Source: an uncultured Candidatus Saccharibacteria bacterium
Lineage (GTDB): Bacteria > Patescibacteriota > Minisyncoccia > Phycocordibacterales > Phycocordibacteraceae
Length of the DNA stretch: 61,161 nt
Direction: 5' to 3'
NCBI GenBank assembly: GCA_964577025.1
Contig: CAZNVT010000001.1
Span: 1,135 to 62,295, forward strand
The notes under the pieces were generated by a model. It was not told where the DNA came from and ran no database searches. It saw only the letters and a program-made list of their open reading frames with translations. Of the stretch, positions 10,095 through 16,590 are shown in pieces (position 1 is the first letter of the stretch; each line of letters starts with the position of its first letter). The position numbers and the translations under genes are program-made.

Positions 10095-11114
10095 ATGGAC
10101 ACCTACACATTCCACATCAAAGGGATGCACTGCAATGCGTGCATACTGCTCACTGAAAGCGAAGTCAGCGACCTTCCGCATATTAGCTCCGTAAAATCAG
10201 ACTTGCGGCATCACACGATAGAAGTAGCAGGCGAGTTCGGCGACCGCACGCCTGACGCTATCGCGCAAGAGCTTACCGATGTTCTCTTGAAGCACGGCTA
10301 CACCGTATCCGTTGAGAAGATGGCTACAGAAAAGAAATGGTCTGACTTTGCGATAGCGATACCGATAGCTCTTGGCTTCGCCGTGTTATTTGTATTGCTG
10401 CAAAAGCTCGGCATAGTAAATCTCGTAAATACGGGCACAGTGTCGTATGGCACTGCCTTCCTTATCGGCATCATCGCTTCGCTCTCAACCTGTATGGCAG
10501 TGGTTGGTGGCTTGGTGCTCTCTATGTCTGCTACCTTCGCCAGAGAAAGCGACAAGGTGCGGCCTCAAATCCTATTCCACGTAGGCCGTCTCGCGTCGTT
10601 CTTTATTCTCGGTGGCGTCATTGGTGCTCTTGGCGCGGTGTTTACACTAAACGCGACAGCGACCTTCGTATTGAGCTTGCTCATCGGCTTGGTAATGCTC
10701 GTGCTTGGTATCAACTTATTGGAGGTATTCCATTGGTCAAAGAAGCTGCAGCCCTCAATGCCGAAGTTCTTGGCAAAGCGGGCGTATGGCGCATCGAAGC
10801 TCAATCATTCGTTGACCCCGTTTCTCGTCGGTATCGCCACCTTCTTCTTGCCGTGCGGCTTCACTCAAGCGATGCAGATATATACGCTCGGTACGGGCAG
10901 CTTCCTTAACGGTGCTCTTACAATGGGCTCCTTCGCCCTTGGTACGCTCCCCGTGCTCGGTCTCGTGAGCTTCAGCTCGTTCAGTATCAAGAACGGCAAG
11001 TATTCAGGGGTATTCTTCAAGACCGCTGGTCTCATTGTTATCTTCTTCGCTCTCTTCAATCTGATGAACAGCTTGGTTGTCATCGGTCTTATTCAGCCAC
11101 TCTTTAGTTTCTAA
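10095..11114 (+). CDS. HMA-domain fused to polytopic membrane domain (DsbD_2/TauE-like)
   Basis: ATG at 10095 (MDTYTFHIKGMHCNAC), 5 nt after the copA stop. About 6 TMs follow. The ORF-track start at 9963 overlaps copA and is rejected. Confidence 0.75.
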   Translation: MDTYTFHIKGMHCNACILLTESEVSDLPHISSVKSDLRHHTIEVAGEFGDRTPDAIAQELTDVLLKHGYTVSVEKMATEKKWSDFAIAIPIALGFAVLFVLLQKLGIVNLVNTGTVSYGTAFLIGIIASLSTCMAVVGGLVLSMSATFARESDKVRPQILFHVGRLASFFILGGVIGALGAVFTLNATATFVLSLLIGLVMLVLGINLLEVFHWSKKLQPSMPKFLAKRAYGASKLNHSLTPFLVGIATFFLPCGFTQAMQIYTLGTGSFLNGALTMGSFALGTLPVLGLVSFSSFSIKNGKYSGVFFKTAGLIVIFFALFNLMNSLVVIGLIQPLFSF

Positions 11115-11117
11115 TCT

Positions 11118-11513
11118 ATGAACAACAAACTCGTCCCTATCGCCGTTCTCGTTGGTGCTGTTCTCATCGGAGGTGTACTTCTATTCTCGGGGAAAGCAGT
11201 ACCGCAAGCGTCAGGTGGTATTGCCAATAATGTGAGTATGGTTGACGGTAAGCAGGTTATTGAAATAAACGTAAAGGGCGGATACTCACCAAAGAACAGT
11301 GTCGCAAAGGCAGGTGTTCCGACGGTGTTGAAGCTCAATACGAATGGCACGTTTGATTGCTCATCGGGTGTCCGTATTCCGAGTATGGGTATCAGCAAGA
11401 ACCTACCGCCATCAGGAACCACCGAGATAGATTTGGGAACTCCGAAAGTGGCTACATTGGATGGGGTCTGCGTTATGGGTATGTACTCGTTCAAAATAGA
11501 TTTCCAAGGATAA
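11118..11513 (+). CDS. membrane-anchored cupredoxin-like domain protein
   Basis: N-terminal TM then a beta-rich about 100-aa domain with Cys/Met (FDCSSG, GVCVMGMY). In operon with copA. Confidence 0.6.
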   Translation: MNNKLVPIAVLVGAVLIGGVLLFSGKAVPQASGGIANNVSMVDGKQVIEINVKGGYSPKNSVAKAGVPTVLKLNTNGTFDCSSGVRIPSMGISKNLPPSGTTEIDLGTPKVATLDGVCVMGMYSFKIDFQG

Positions 11514-11538
11514 AACTGACAGAGTACAATGGAGGGTA

Positions 11539-12444
11539 ATGTCAGACCACAATCATCCTCATCCCGAACCACGGAAAGGTTTGGACTTCGCCTTCGCAGT
11601 TAGCGCCATTCTCAACATCACGCTCGTTGTAGTGGAAGGCGGCTACGCGCTCTCTGCTCATTCCGTAGCATTGCTCGCGGACGCAGGACACAACCTCGGC
11701 GACGTGCTCGGTTTGCTTCTTGCGTGGGGTGCGGTCGTGCTTTCTCGGCGCTTGCCGACGAGCAAGTTCACCTATGGCTTCCGTTCAAGCTCGATACTTG
11801 CAGCGCTCCTGAATGGCGCGCTGCTTCTCGTTGCTACGGGAGCCATCATCTTGGAAGCCATCAAACATCTATATGAACCAAGTCCTGTGCAAGGTGGTGT
11901 GGTTATCATCGTCGCAGCAGTGGCTATCGCGGTAAATGCATTCTCGGCATGGCTCTTGCGCGGGAGGAAGCACGACCTCAATGCAAGAGGAGCATTTCTC
12001 CACTTGGCCGCAGACGCAGCAGTGTCGCTTGGCGTGCTTATGGCTGGCATCGTCATTCTCGCAACGGGTTGGTATTGGATTGACCCGCTCATCAGTATTG
12101 TCATTTCTCTCGTTATCGTGTGGAGTGCGTGGGGACTTTTGCGCGAGGCCGTGAACCTCTCGCTTGCTGCCGTCCCGTCTTCAATCAACCCTGCCGAGGT
12201 GAAGGGATACCTTGAAAAGCTGGCTGGCGTAGTACGCGTTCACGACCTACATATCTGGCCGATAAGCACGACGGAGATTGCTCTTACGGCTCACCTGATT
12301 ATCCCCGCAGGACATCCTGACGATGCCTTTATGGTGCGTGTATCGAGCGAACTGAAAGAACGCTTCGGCATCAACCACGCCACCCTGCAAAGCGAACTGG
12401 GTACAGCAGCGGACTGCTCTCTCGAACCTGTAGAGGTTGTATAA
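11539..12444 (+). CDS. czcD: cation diffusion facilitator transporter (second copy)
   Basis: MSDHNHPHPEP His-rich N-terminus, HNLGDVLG...FTYGFRS CDF signature, six TMs. Confidence 0.85.
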   Translation: MSDHNHPHPEPRKGLDFAFAVSAILNITLVVVEGGYALSAHSVALLADAGHNLGDVLGLLLAWGAVVLSRRLPTSKFTYGFRSSSILAALLNGALLLVATGAIILEAIKHLYEPSPVQGGVVIIVAAVAIAVNAFSAWLLRGRKHDLNARGAFLHLAADAAVSLGVLMAGIVILATGWYWIDPLISIVISLVIVWSAWGLLREAVNLSLAAVPSSINPAEVKGYLEKLAGVVRVHDLHIWPISTTEIALTAHLIIPAGHPDDAFMVRVSSELKERFGINHATLQSELGTAADCSLEPVEVV

Positions 12445-12524
12445 GCCAACCCTGTTTACACGGCTGCCATCAAGTCAGGTATGGTGATTTTGTATTGAAA
12501 ACTCGATTTGCCAGCTAAAAGAAC

Positions 12525-12552
12525 GGTTCTAACTTCGTCCAGTGCCCGCAGC
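12525..12552 (+). repeat. degenerate copy of the tRNA-Gln 3' end (T-loop to discriminator)
   Basis: GGTTCTAACTTCGTCCAGTGCCCGCAGC compared with tRNA GGTTCGAGTCCTAGTCCCGCAGC. Followed by the same A(A)TTGAC promoter junction as at 13477. Confidence 0.6.
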
Positions 12553-12554
12553 AA

Positions 12555-12582
12555 TTGACTTTCTATATTAGTGTGCTAATTT
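12555..12582 (+). promoter_or_regulatory. putative sigma70-type promoter of the 195-aa ORF
   Basis: TTGACT, 16 nt spacer, TAATTT. The -35 abuts the tRNA-like junction. Confidence 0.4.
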
Positions 12583-12618
12583 GAATATTGGGTAGAAATT
12601 CGTACAAGGGGAAGTGCA

Positions 12619-13206
12619 ATGCACAGACGAAAGAGTTATTGGAATGTAATTCCGCTCAATCTCCGTCAGGAGAACGGAGCTGAAATTCTAAGGGCTTGGG
12701 GTTTCCGTCCATGGGGCCGGGACTTCGGAGACGAACTTGTCTATAAGGGTTGGCAGCGCGTATCACTGCCGCCGGGATGGGCAATCCTCTTCGAGGAGTA
12801 CGAGCTGATTCTTGTCGATGACAAGGAGCAGCAGCGAGGGCGAATCAGCGTCGGCGACTTCCTTCCGCGCACGGAGCCCACTGGGCTCATGAAAGCTATC
12901 TCCGATGGTCTTACGGAAGCTCACGCAACCGCGGGCGAGAAGAAGTCCGAGCCTCCGGGTCCAGTGCTCTCGCTGATGACGTACATCCGCAAGCAATCAT
13001 CGTTCTGCCTCGGCGATACCGGCCCTTATTCCTACTGGGTCGAGAACGCCCTCGGCGAAAGACTCTTCGGTCTGTACGACGTCGAAGTGTCTGACGCTGA
13101 AGCGGAGGAGAAACTTCCTCAGCTCAAGCAGCAGATCGACGACTGGCTCACCGAGCATTATCCCAACTGGCAGGACTACGCCGCCTACTGGGATGTGTCC
13201 GAGTAA
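12619..13206 (+). CDS. hypothetical cytoplasmic protein (no family recognised)
   Basis: 195-aa ORF with RBS AAGGGGA 6 nt upstream. G/C-rich third codon positions, unlike the neighbours. Followed by two hairpin terminators. Confidence 0.7.
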   Translation: MHRRKSYWNVIPLNLRQENGAEILRAWGFRPWGRDFGDELVYKGWQRVSLPPGWAILFEEYELILVDDKEQQRGRISVGDFLPRTEPTGLMKAISDGLTEAHATAGEKKSEPPGPVLSLMTYIRKQSSFCLGDTGPYSYWVENALGERLFGLYDVEVSDAEAEEKLPQLKQQIDDWLTEHYPNWQDYAAYWDVSE

Positions 13207-13211
13207 GCTGG

Positions 13212-13250
13212 GGCCGCCTGTTTCCGAAAGGGAACGGCGGCTCTTCTATT
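13212..13250 (+). terminator. GNRA-capped hairpin (P1) after the 195-aa ORF
   Basis: GGCCGCC-TGTTTCC-GAAA-GGGAAC-GGCGGC then TCTTCTATTT. Homologous to 14152-14181. Confidence 0.6.
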
Positions 13251-13282
13251 TAATAAAGGTTCCCACGTCGTACCAAACCCCC

Positions 13283-13323
13283 AGCAAATGAGAAGCGCCC
13301 GCAAGGGCGTTTTCTCGTTTGCT
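13283..13323 (+). terminator. intrinsic terminator-like long hairpin (P2)
   Basis: AGCAAATGAGAA-GCGCCC-GCAA-GGGCG-TTTTCTCGTTTGCT. U-G wobbles fit the plus strand only. Confidence 0.65.
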
Positions 13324-13476
13324 GCGGGAAGGAAGCAGAGCTTCCGTCTAGGACTCGAACGCCGGACTGATGTTTTGCTAGCAGGCAAAACCAGGAGGCG
13401 GTGCCCAGAGCCTGGTGAGTGACGACGAGCCAGGACTCGCGGGCGAGAAGTGTAATCACGTTCCTAGTCCCGCAGC
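13321..13476 (+). ncRNA. tRNA-Gln minihelix-mimicking structured element, copy A
   Basis: 5' GCTGCGGGA pairs with 3' TCCCGCAGC. CTAGG (13348-52) pairs with CCTAG (13463-67). P3 hairpin is GGAAGC-AGA-GCTTCC, with internal hairpins at 13364-13440. 15 nt are identical to tRNA-Gln 6240-6254. Confidence 0.6.
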
Positions 13477-13477
13477 A

Positions 13478-13506
13478 TTGACCTTATCCATTTAATATAC
13501 TATAAA
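13478..13506 (+). promoter_or_regulatory. sigma70-type promoter of the ClpP-like gene
   Basis: TTGACC, 17 nt spacer, TATAAA, starting 1 nt after the structured element. Confidence 0.6.
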
Positions 13507-13559
13507 TTCTTACAGACTAGCCTCAGCTAGATAACGAATTACCTTTCAGGAGAATCGCA

Positions 13560-14129
13560 GTGAATCAAGAACTGTCACCGAATCAGTTCGCGTTGCTCGA
13601 ACGCAACGTGCTTTATCTCGAAGGCGAGGTGCGCGGAGAGATGGTGGATCAGGTCCATTTCAGCATTATGGAACTCGATGGAAGGGGGAGTCCTCCGATC
13701 GAAATCCGGATCTATACCGGCGGCGGCGATGTTCATGCAGGGCTCGCTGTCTACGACTTCCTCCGCCGCTATGAGGGCAAGAAGACCGGCGTCGTCTACG
13801 GATACGCGCGCTCAATGGGTGCTGTCATCCTGCAGGCGTGCGACGAGCGTCTCTGTCTTCCGTATTCGACAGTGCTCATTCATCACGTGAGCACAACCAG
13901 TGTGTCGCTCGACGAGCTCGAGGACCCTGATCGTCTAGACCGCCTGCGCAAATCGCTGCAGGCTGACCAGGAGACCCTGTACGAAATCCTTGTCACCCGA
14001 TCCGGCAAGACCAAAGAAGAGGTGCGAGACGCCTGCAAGAAGGACAAGGATATGACAGCAAAAGAGGCCTTGGATTTTGGCCTCATCGACAAAATCGTTG
14101 TATCCGAGCCCGTTAAGCCCTCGGACTGA
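13560..14129 (+). CDS. ClpP-family (S14) serine protease-like protein, orphan
   Basis: GTG start with RBS AGGAGA. Candidate triad residues are ARSMG (Ser), LIHHV (His) and KKDKDMTAKEA (Asp). C-terminal GLIDKIV. Confidence 0.8.
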   Translation: MNQELSPNQFALLERNVLYLEGEVRGEMVDQVHFSIMELDGRGSPPIEIRIYTGGGDVHAGLAVYDFLRRYEGKKTGVVYGYARSMGAVILQACDERLCLPYSTVLIHHVSTTSVSLDELEDPDRLDRLRKSLQADQETLYEILVTRSGKTKEEVRDACKKDKDMTAKEALDFGLIDKIVVSEPVKPSD

Positions 14130-14151
14130 AAACTACATTCGAAGCAGTGGA

Positions 14152-14181
14152 GCCGCCTAGTACCGAAAGGGAACGGCGGCT
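14152..14181 (+). terminator. GNRA-capped hairpin (P1, copy B)
   Basis: GCCGCC-TAGTACC-GAAA-GGGAAC-GGCGGC then TTTCG. Confidence 0.55.
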
Positions 14182-14220
14182 TTCGCAGATATATTCGTTC
14201 GAATATCGTCCCAGACGGCC

Positions 14221-14261
14221 AGCAAATGGAAAGGCCCCGAAAGGGGCTTTTTCCATTTGCT
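14221..14261 (+). terminator. intrinsic terminator-like long hairpin (P2, copy B)
   Basis: AGCAAATGGAAA-GGCCCC-GAAA-GGGGC-TTTTTCCATTTGCT. Compensatory changes relative to copy A. Confidence 0.7.
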
Positions 14262-14404
14262 GCGGGAAGTTGCCGTGGGACGGCAACGGCTAGGACGAGA
14301 AGATGTTGCGAGCATATTCTGGGAGCGGAGCGAGCCAGAATATCCGCAACGTGTACAGAACCCGTAAGGTTCGAGAGTGTAATCACGTTCCTAGTCCCGC
14401 AGCA
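14259..14404 (+). ncRNA. tRNA-Gln minihelix-mimicking structured element, copy B
   Basis: Same framing strands as copy A: GCTGCGGGA, CTAGGAC, GTGTAATCACGTTCCTAGTCCCGCAGCA. P3 is GTTGCCG-TGGGA-CGGCAAC. A different long internal hairpin is GTTGCG..ATATTCTGG/CCAGAATAT..CGCAAC. Confidence 0.6.
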
Positions 14405-14441
14405 ACAGAAGATTTTGAGAAAAATTAGGTAAAATTCATAC

Positions 14442-14897
14442 ATGCAAAAAATACATTTTTCAATCCATATCAACGCACCACGCGAAAAAGTCTGGGATAT
14501 TCTACTTGGAGAAGTTTCGTATACTCAGTGGGCGAGTGCTTTTAGTCCTGGCTCGTATTTTAAGGGAAGTTGGGAAGAGGGTTCAGAAATACTTTTTCTT
14601 GGACCTAATCCTGACGGGACTGGTGAAGGAGGAATGGTGAGCCGCATTAAAGAGAATCGGCTTCATGAATTTATCTCTATCGAGCATCTTGGAACGATTA
14701 ATAATGGTGTCGAAGATACTGAAAGCGAGGAAGCAAAAAAGTGGGCTCAGTCGTATGAAAGTTATACGTTTGTCGACAAGGATGGAGGCACAGAAGTCTC
14801 GATTGAAATGAACACTCTGGATGAGTACAAAACAATGTTTGAAGAAATGTGGCCCAAGGCGCTTCAGGCCCTGAAGGACTTGGCTGAAAAGAATTAG
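14442..14897 (+). CDS. SRPBCC/AHSA1-like domain protein
   Basis: HFSIHINAPREKVWDILL start typical of the Activator-of-Hsp90-ATPase-like/SRPBCC fold. 151 aa. Confidence 0.7.
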   Translation: MQKIHFSIHINAPREKVWDILLGEVSYTQWASAFSPGSYFKGSWEEGSEILFLGPNPDGTGEGGMVSRIKENRLHEFISIEHLGTINNGVEDTESEEAKKWAQSYESYTFVDKDGGTEVSIEMNTLDEYKTMFEEMWPKALQALKDLAEKN

Positions 14898-14977
14898 AGT
14901 CTAGTGTTTTCCTCTTAAGAAAGTTCCAACATTGTCTCAGGCGGCACGCACTCTCAAAATGTGCTACTACTAGGGAT

Positions 14978-15667
14978 ATGATCGTGGTCAAAGATTTGCG
15001 GGTGAACGTACTTGGCGAGCCTCTTTTTGAGAAGGTGAACCTTGTCGTGCGTCCTGGTGAGCGAGTCGCACTTGTGGGTCCTGTGGCGGAGCATATTTCA
15101 ACACTGCTGCGCGTGCTTGCAGGAGAAGAGGATGCAGACAGAGGAACGGTAACTCACGATGGAGAGCGTATCGCGTACGTGTCGCCGGAGATGTTTCGAG
15201 AGGGAGGCCCTGCGCTTGGGCGTCTGCATCATACCCGTCCTACATTCCTTTTCATTGATGCTACTGCGACAGATGCGCCGGAGCAGGCGATCGGCGACTT
15301 GGAGCGTTTTATACAGGGGTATCGTGGCGGTCTTCTGGTTGCGAGTTCTCACAACCGGCTCATTGTTGCCTCAAAGGTGACTAGAGTATTTGAGCTACAG
15401 CCACTGTTACAAACAGTCACAACCTATACGGGGAACTACGCAGACTTCTTGGTTGAGCAAGAAAAGAACCGTGCGCGGCTGACTGAAGCGTACGAAAAGC
15501 AACAACGAGAAAAGCGAAAGCTCGAAGAATACCTCGAGCAAAAAAGACTTGAGGCGGGGAAAGCTAAAAGCTCGCCACAAAAAGGAGCTGTCGTTCGAGC
15601 TAAAACAAAGCAACTTCAGCGTGAAATATTGGATAAAGAAATCCCTGACCCAACGCAGTTTGAGTAG
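14978..15667 (+). CDS. single-NBD ABC-F-like protein with degenerate ATPase motifs
   Basis: ABC fold-like N-terminus, but Walker A is GPVAEHIS, there is no LSGG, and Walker B is FLFIDATATD. ABC-F-type charged coiled-coil tail (EKQQREKRKLEEYLEQKR). Confidence 0.6.
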   Translation: MIVVKDLRVNVLGEPLFEKVNLVVRPGERVALVGPVAEHISTLLRVLAGEEDADRGTVTHDGERIAYVSPEMFREGGPALGRLHHTRPTFLFIDATATDAPEQAIGDLERFIQGYRGGLLVASSHNRLIVASKVTRVFELQPLLQTVTTYTGNYADFLVEQEKNRARLTEAYEKQQREKRKLEEYLEQKRLEAGKAKSSPQKGAVVRAKTKQLQREILDKEIPDPTQFE

Positions 15668-15712
15668 AGTGTTTGCTATGCTTAGTAGACAATACCCGTA
15701 TAGCACTAGCGT

Positions 15713-16237
15713 GTGACTTCATCGAAACCACCAGTTGTCATAGTGAATGATCGAATGCAGCGCAATTATCGCTACGAACTTACTGAGCCCGTGGGAAAAA
15801 ATTTTGCAAAGAATTTTAATCCGGACCTTACCCCGAAGCAGATGCTTCACCTTGGAGTATTTGGTGGAGTATATATGCGCGACTGTAGGGAGGAATTTCC
15901 CGAGGACTGGTTTGAAAAGGCAAAGCTGCAAAAGCCAGATTCTTACAAGCACGATGCCGCACTTAATCTGTTTGGGGTTAACGCAAGTCAGCCGCTTTCG
16001 GTGTGGCGAGCAAAGGGGTGGATTTACGAAGAAGATCCACGGGGATGGTTTCAGTGGTATTGCCGCTATTATATGGGGCGGCGGTGCCCGGACGATGAGC
16101 GACAAATCAAACGCTGGAAAGCGATAGGAAGGCATATTATGCAGATCAAACGAAACTGCAGGGCGGGAGACACGTTGTGTCGGCCGCGACAGAGGCAGGC
16201 AGTCCTGCATTGGGCCTACGACAGTAGAGTGCTGTAG
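15713..16237 (+). CDS. conserved-looking cytoplasmic protein, function not recognised
   Basis: 174-aa ORF, GTG start (alternative ATG at 15755). Trp/Arg-rich motif GWFQWYCRYYMGRR..DERQIKRW. Confidence 0.55.
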   Translation: MTSSKPPVVIVNDRMQRNYRYELTEPVGKNFAKNFNPDLTPKQMLHLGVFGGVYMRDCREEFPEDWFEKAKLQKPDSYKHDAALNLFGVNASQPLSVWRAKGWIYEEDPRGWFQWYCRYYMGRRCPDDERQIKRWKAIGRHIMQIKRNCRAGDTLCRPRQRQAVLHWAYDSRVL

Positions 16238-16239
16238 GC

Positions 16240-16578
16240 GTGTATACTGTAGGTATGATACTTTCTCTTTTCGTGGGCTTTGTGCTTGGGGCGGGGGCAC
16301 TATTATTTGCTCTGCAGAACACTGAGGTAGTGGCACTCACGTTTATGGGGTGGCAGTTTACCAGTTCGCTTGCCGTGGTAGTTCTTGCGAGCCTTGGTAT
16401 GGGAATTCTCATTAGTATTTTGGCGATGGTACCTTCCGCACTTCGCGACAGCTTCAGGATTATGGGACTTAAGAAGCAGAACAAAACACTCGTGCAGGAG
16501 GCAGAAGCAGCGCGCACCGTACACGCTACCGCACAGCAGGGTGAACAGGAAACTACGGTTATCGATTTACGAACCTAA
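16240..16578 (+). CDS. LapA/DUF1049-like small membrane protein
   Basis: Two TM helices followed by a charged tail. GTG start (alternative ATG at 16255). Confidence 0.6.
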   Translation: MYTVGMILSLFVGFVLGAGALLFALQNTEVVALTFMGWQFTSSLAVVVLASLGMGILISILAMVPSALRDSFRIMGLKKQNKTLVQEAEAARTVHATAQQGEQETTVIDLRT

Positions 16579-16590
16579 CGCACGTTTCCT

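Noticed and set aside
13283-13476. Retron msr/msd ncRNA, because terminal inverted repeats resemble a1/a2
   Set aside because: There is no reverse transcriptase gene anywhere in the window, and the inverted repeats are explained by tRNA-Gln acceptor-stem mimicry.
13321-13476. Intron-containing or split tRNA-Gln gene (group I intron)
   Set aside because: The inserted segments (about 110 nt in the T-loop position) are too short and lack group I core elements. The D and anticodon arms are absent, so no functional decoding tRNA can be spliced out.
13321-14404. Integron attC sites / CALIN
   Set aside because: The ends do not match the R'' RYYYAAC / R' GTTRRRY cores, the units carry their own promoters, and no IntI-like gene is present. 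Only the general logic is analogous.
13185-14473. Minus-strand ORFs across the structured elements (13185-13388, 13250-13459, 13883-14473 at 196 aa) and plus-strand 14226-14432
   Set aside because: They run through terminator hairpins and conserved RNA-like helices, are antisense to the ClpP-like gene, lack an RBS and encode low-complexity Arg/Ser/Cys-rich products.
15719-16336. 205-aa minus-strand ORF and the 126-aa plus-strand ORF at 15747
   Set aside because: They overlap the better-supported 15713-16237 and 16240-16578 genes in alternative frames and have biased, Cys/Arg-rich composition.
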